The notes under the pieces: model-generated | What the model was told of the DNA's origin: nothing | Database searches by the model: none | The model's input: the letters and a program-made list of their open reading frames with translations, nothing else | Sequence record: PZ402301.1 | Origin: a phage | Reading direction: 5' to 3' (one strand) | Length of the DNA: 64,000 nt | Shown: piece by piece, positions 63,174 through 64,000 of the stretch | Numbering within the stretch: position 1 is the stretch's first letter | How the letters are laid out: every line of letters begins with the position of its first letter | Translations under genes and position numbers: made by a program

Positions 63174-63992
63174 ATGTTTGGTTATTTTTATAATTCGTCT
63201 TTTAGACGATATGCTACCTTGATGGGCGATTTGTTTTCAAATATCCAAATCAAACGTCAGTTAGAATCTGGTGATAAGTTTATACGTGTTCCTATTACGT
63301 ATGCATCAAAGGAACACTTCATGATGAAATTAAATAAATGGACATCGATAAATTCACAAGAAGATGTGGCTAAAGTTGAAACTATTCTACCTCGTATAAA
63401 TTTACATTTAGTTGATTTTAGCTATAATGCTCCATTTAAAACAAACATTTTGAATCAAAATTTACTGCAAAAAGGCGCAACTTCTGTAGTATCACAGTAT
63501 AATCCATCTCCTATTAAAATGATTTATGAATTGAGTATATTTACTCGCTACGAAGACGATATGTTTCAAATAGTTGAACAAATTCTTCCATATTTTCAGC
63601 CTCATTTTAATACAACTATGTACGAACAGTTTGGAAATGATATTCCATTTAAAAGGGATATTAAAATTGTACTGATGTCTGCTGCTATAGACGAATCTAT
63701 AGATGGAGATAATTTATCTCGTCGTCGAATTGAATGGTCACTAACATTTGAAGTAAATGGATGGATGTATCCTCCAGTAGATGATGCAGAAGGATTAATT
63801 CGTACTACTTATACAGATTTTCACGCCAACACAAGAGATTTGCCTGATGGTGAAGGTGTTTTTGAATCTGTCGATAGCGAAGTTGTTCCTCGAGATATTA
63901 ACCCAGAAGACTGGGATGGAACAGTAAAACAAACTTTCACTAGCAATGTAAATAGACCAACACCGCCAGAACCTCCTGGCCCAAGAACATAG
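63174..63992 (+). CDS. 15: tail sheath stabiliser/terminator gp15 (272 aa)
   Basis: 272-aa ORF, T4 order and length. Confidence 0.9.
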   Translation: MFGYFYNSSFRRYATLMGDLFSNIQIKRQLESGDKFIRVPITYASKEHFMMKLNKWTSINSQEDVAKVETILPRINLHLVDFSYNAPFKTNILNQNLLQKGATSVVSQYNPSPIKMIYELSIFTRYEDDMFQIVEQILPYFQPHFNTTMYEQFGNDIPFKRDIKIVLMSAAIDESIDGDNLSRRRIEWSLTFEVNGWMYPPVDDAEGLIRTTYTDFHANTRDLPDGEGVFESVDSEVVPRDINPEDWDGTVKQTFTSNVNRPTPPEPPGPRT

Positions 63993-64000
63993 AGGTTATT

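Overview
This window is a contiguous segment of a T4-like (T-even, Tequatrovirus-type) myophage genome, recognised from protein sequences and gene order that match phage T4 as I recall it; no search was run. The minus strand carries the early/middle region: the 5-prime end of gene 44, then 45, rpbA, 46, 47, a-gt, 55, nrdH-like, nrdG, nrdD, 49, nrdC, a block of uncharacterised ORFs, rI, tk, regB, a GrcA-like gene, denV, lysozyme e, nudE, capsid-targeted internal proteins, an 8-tRNA cluster containing two homing-endonuclease genes, ipI, 57B, 57A, gene 1, and genes 3, 2 and 4. The plus strand carries the late baseplate and tail-fibre operon 53-5-5.1-5.4-6-7-8-9-10-11-12-wac-13-14-15. The phage is close to T4 but not identical: nrdD has no intron, the tRNA set includes Tyr and Asn, and the denV/ip order differs. 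The most striking anomaly is a perfect 77-bp tandem duplication that frameshifts nrdD into two ORFs. Other points worth a second look are a nucleotidyltransferase-like gene next to an AAA+ ATPase, four tandem paralogues with coiled-coil tails, a GC-rich host-like GrcA module, and an internal-protein cassette bracketed by identical terminators. Recurrent T4-type early promoters (GTTTAC -35), late promoters (TATAAATA) and GC-hairpin terminators punctuate the region. No CRISPR array, integrase or transposase was seen.
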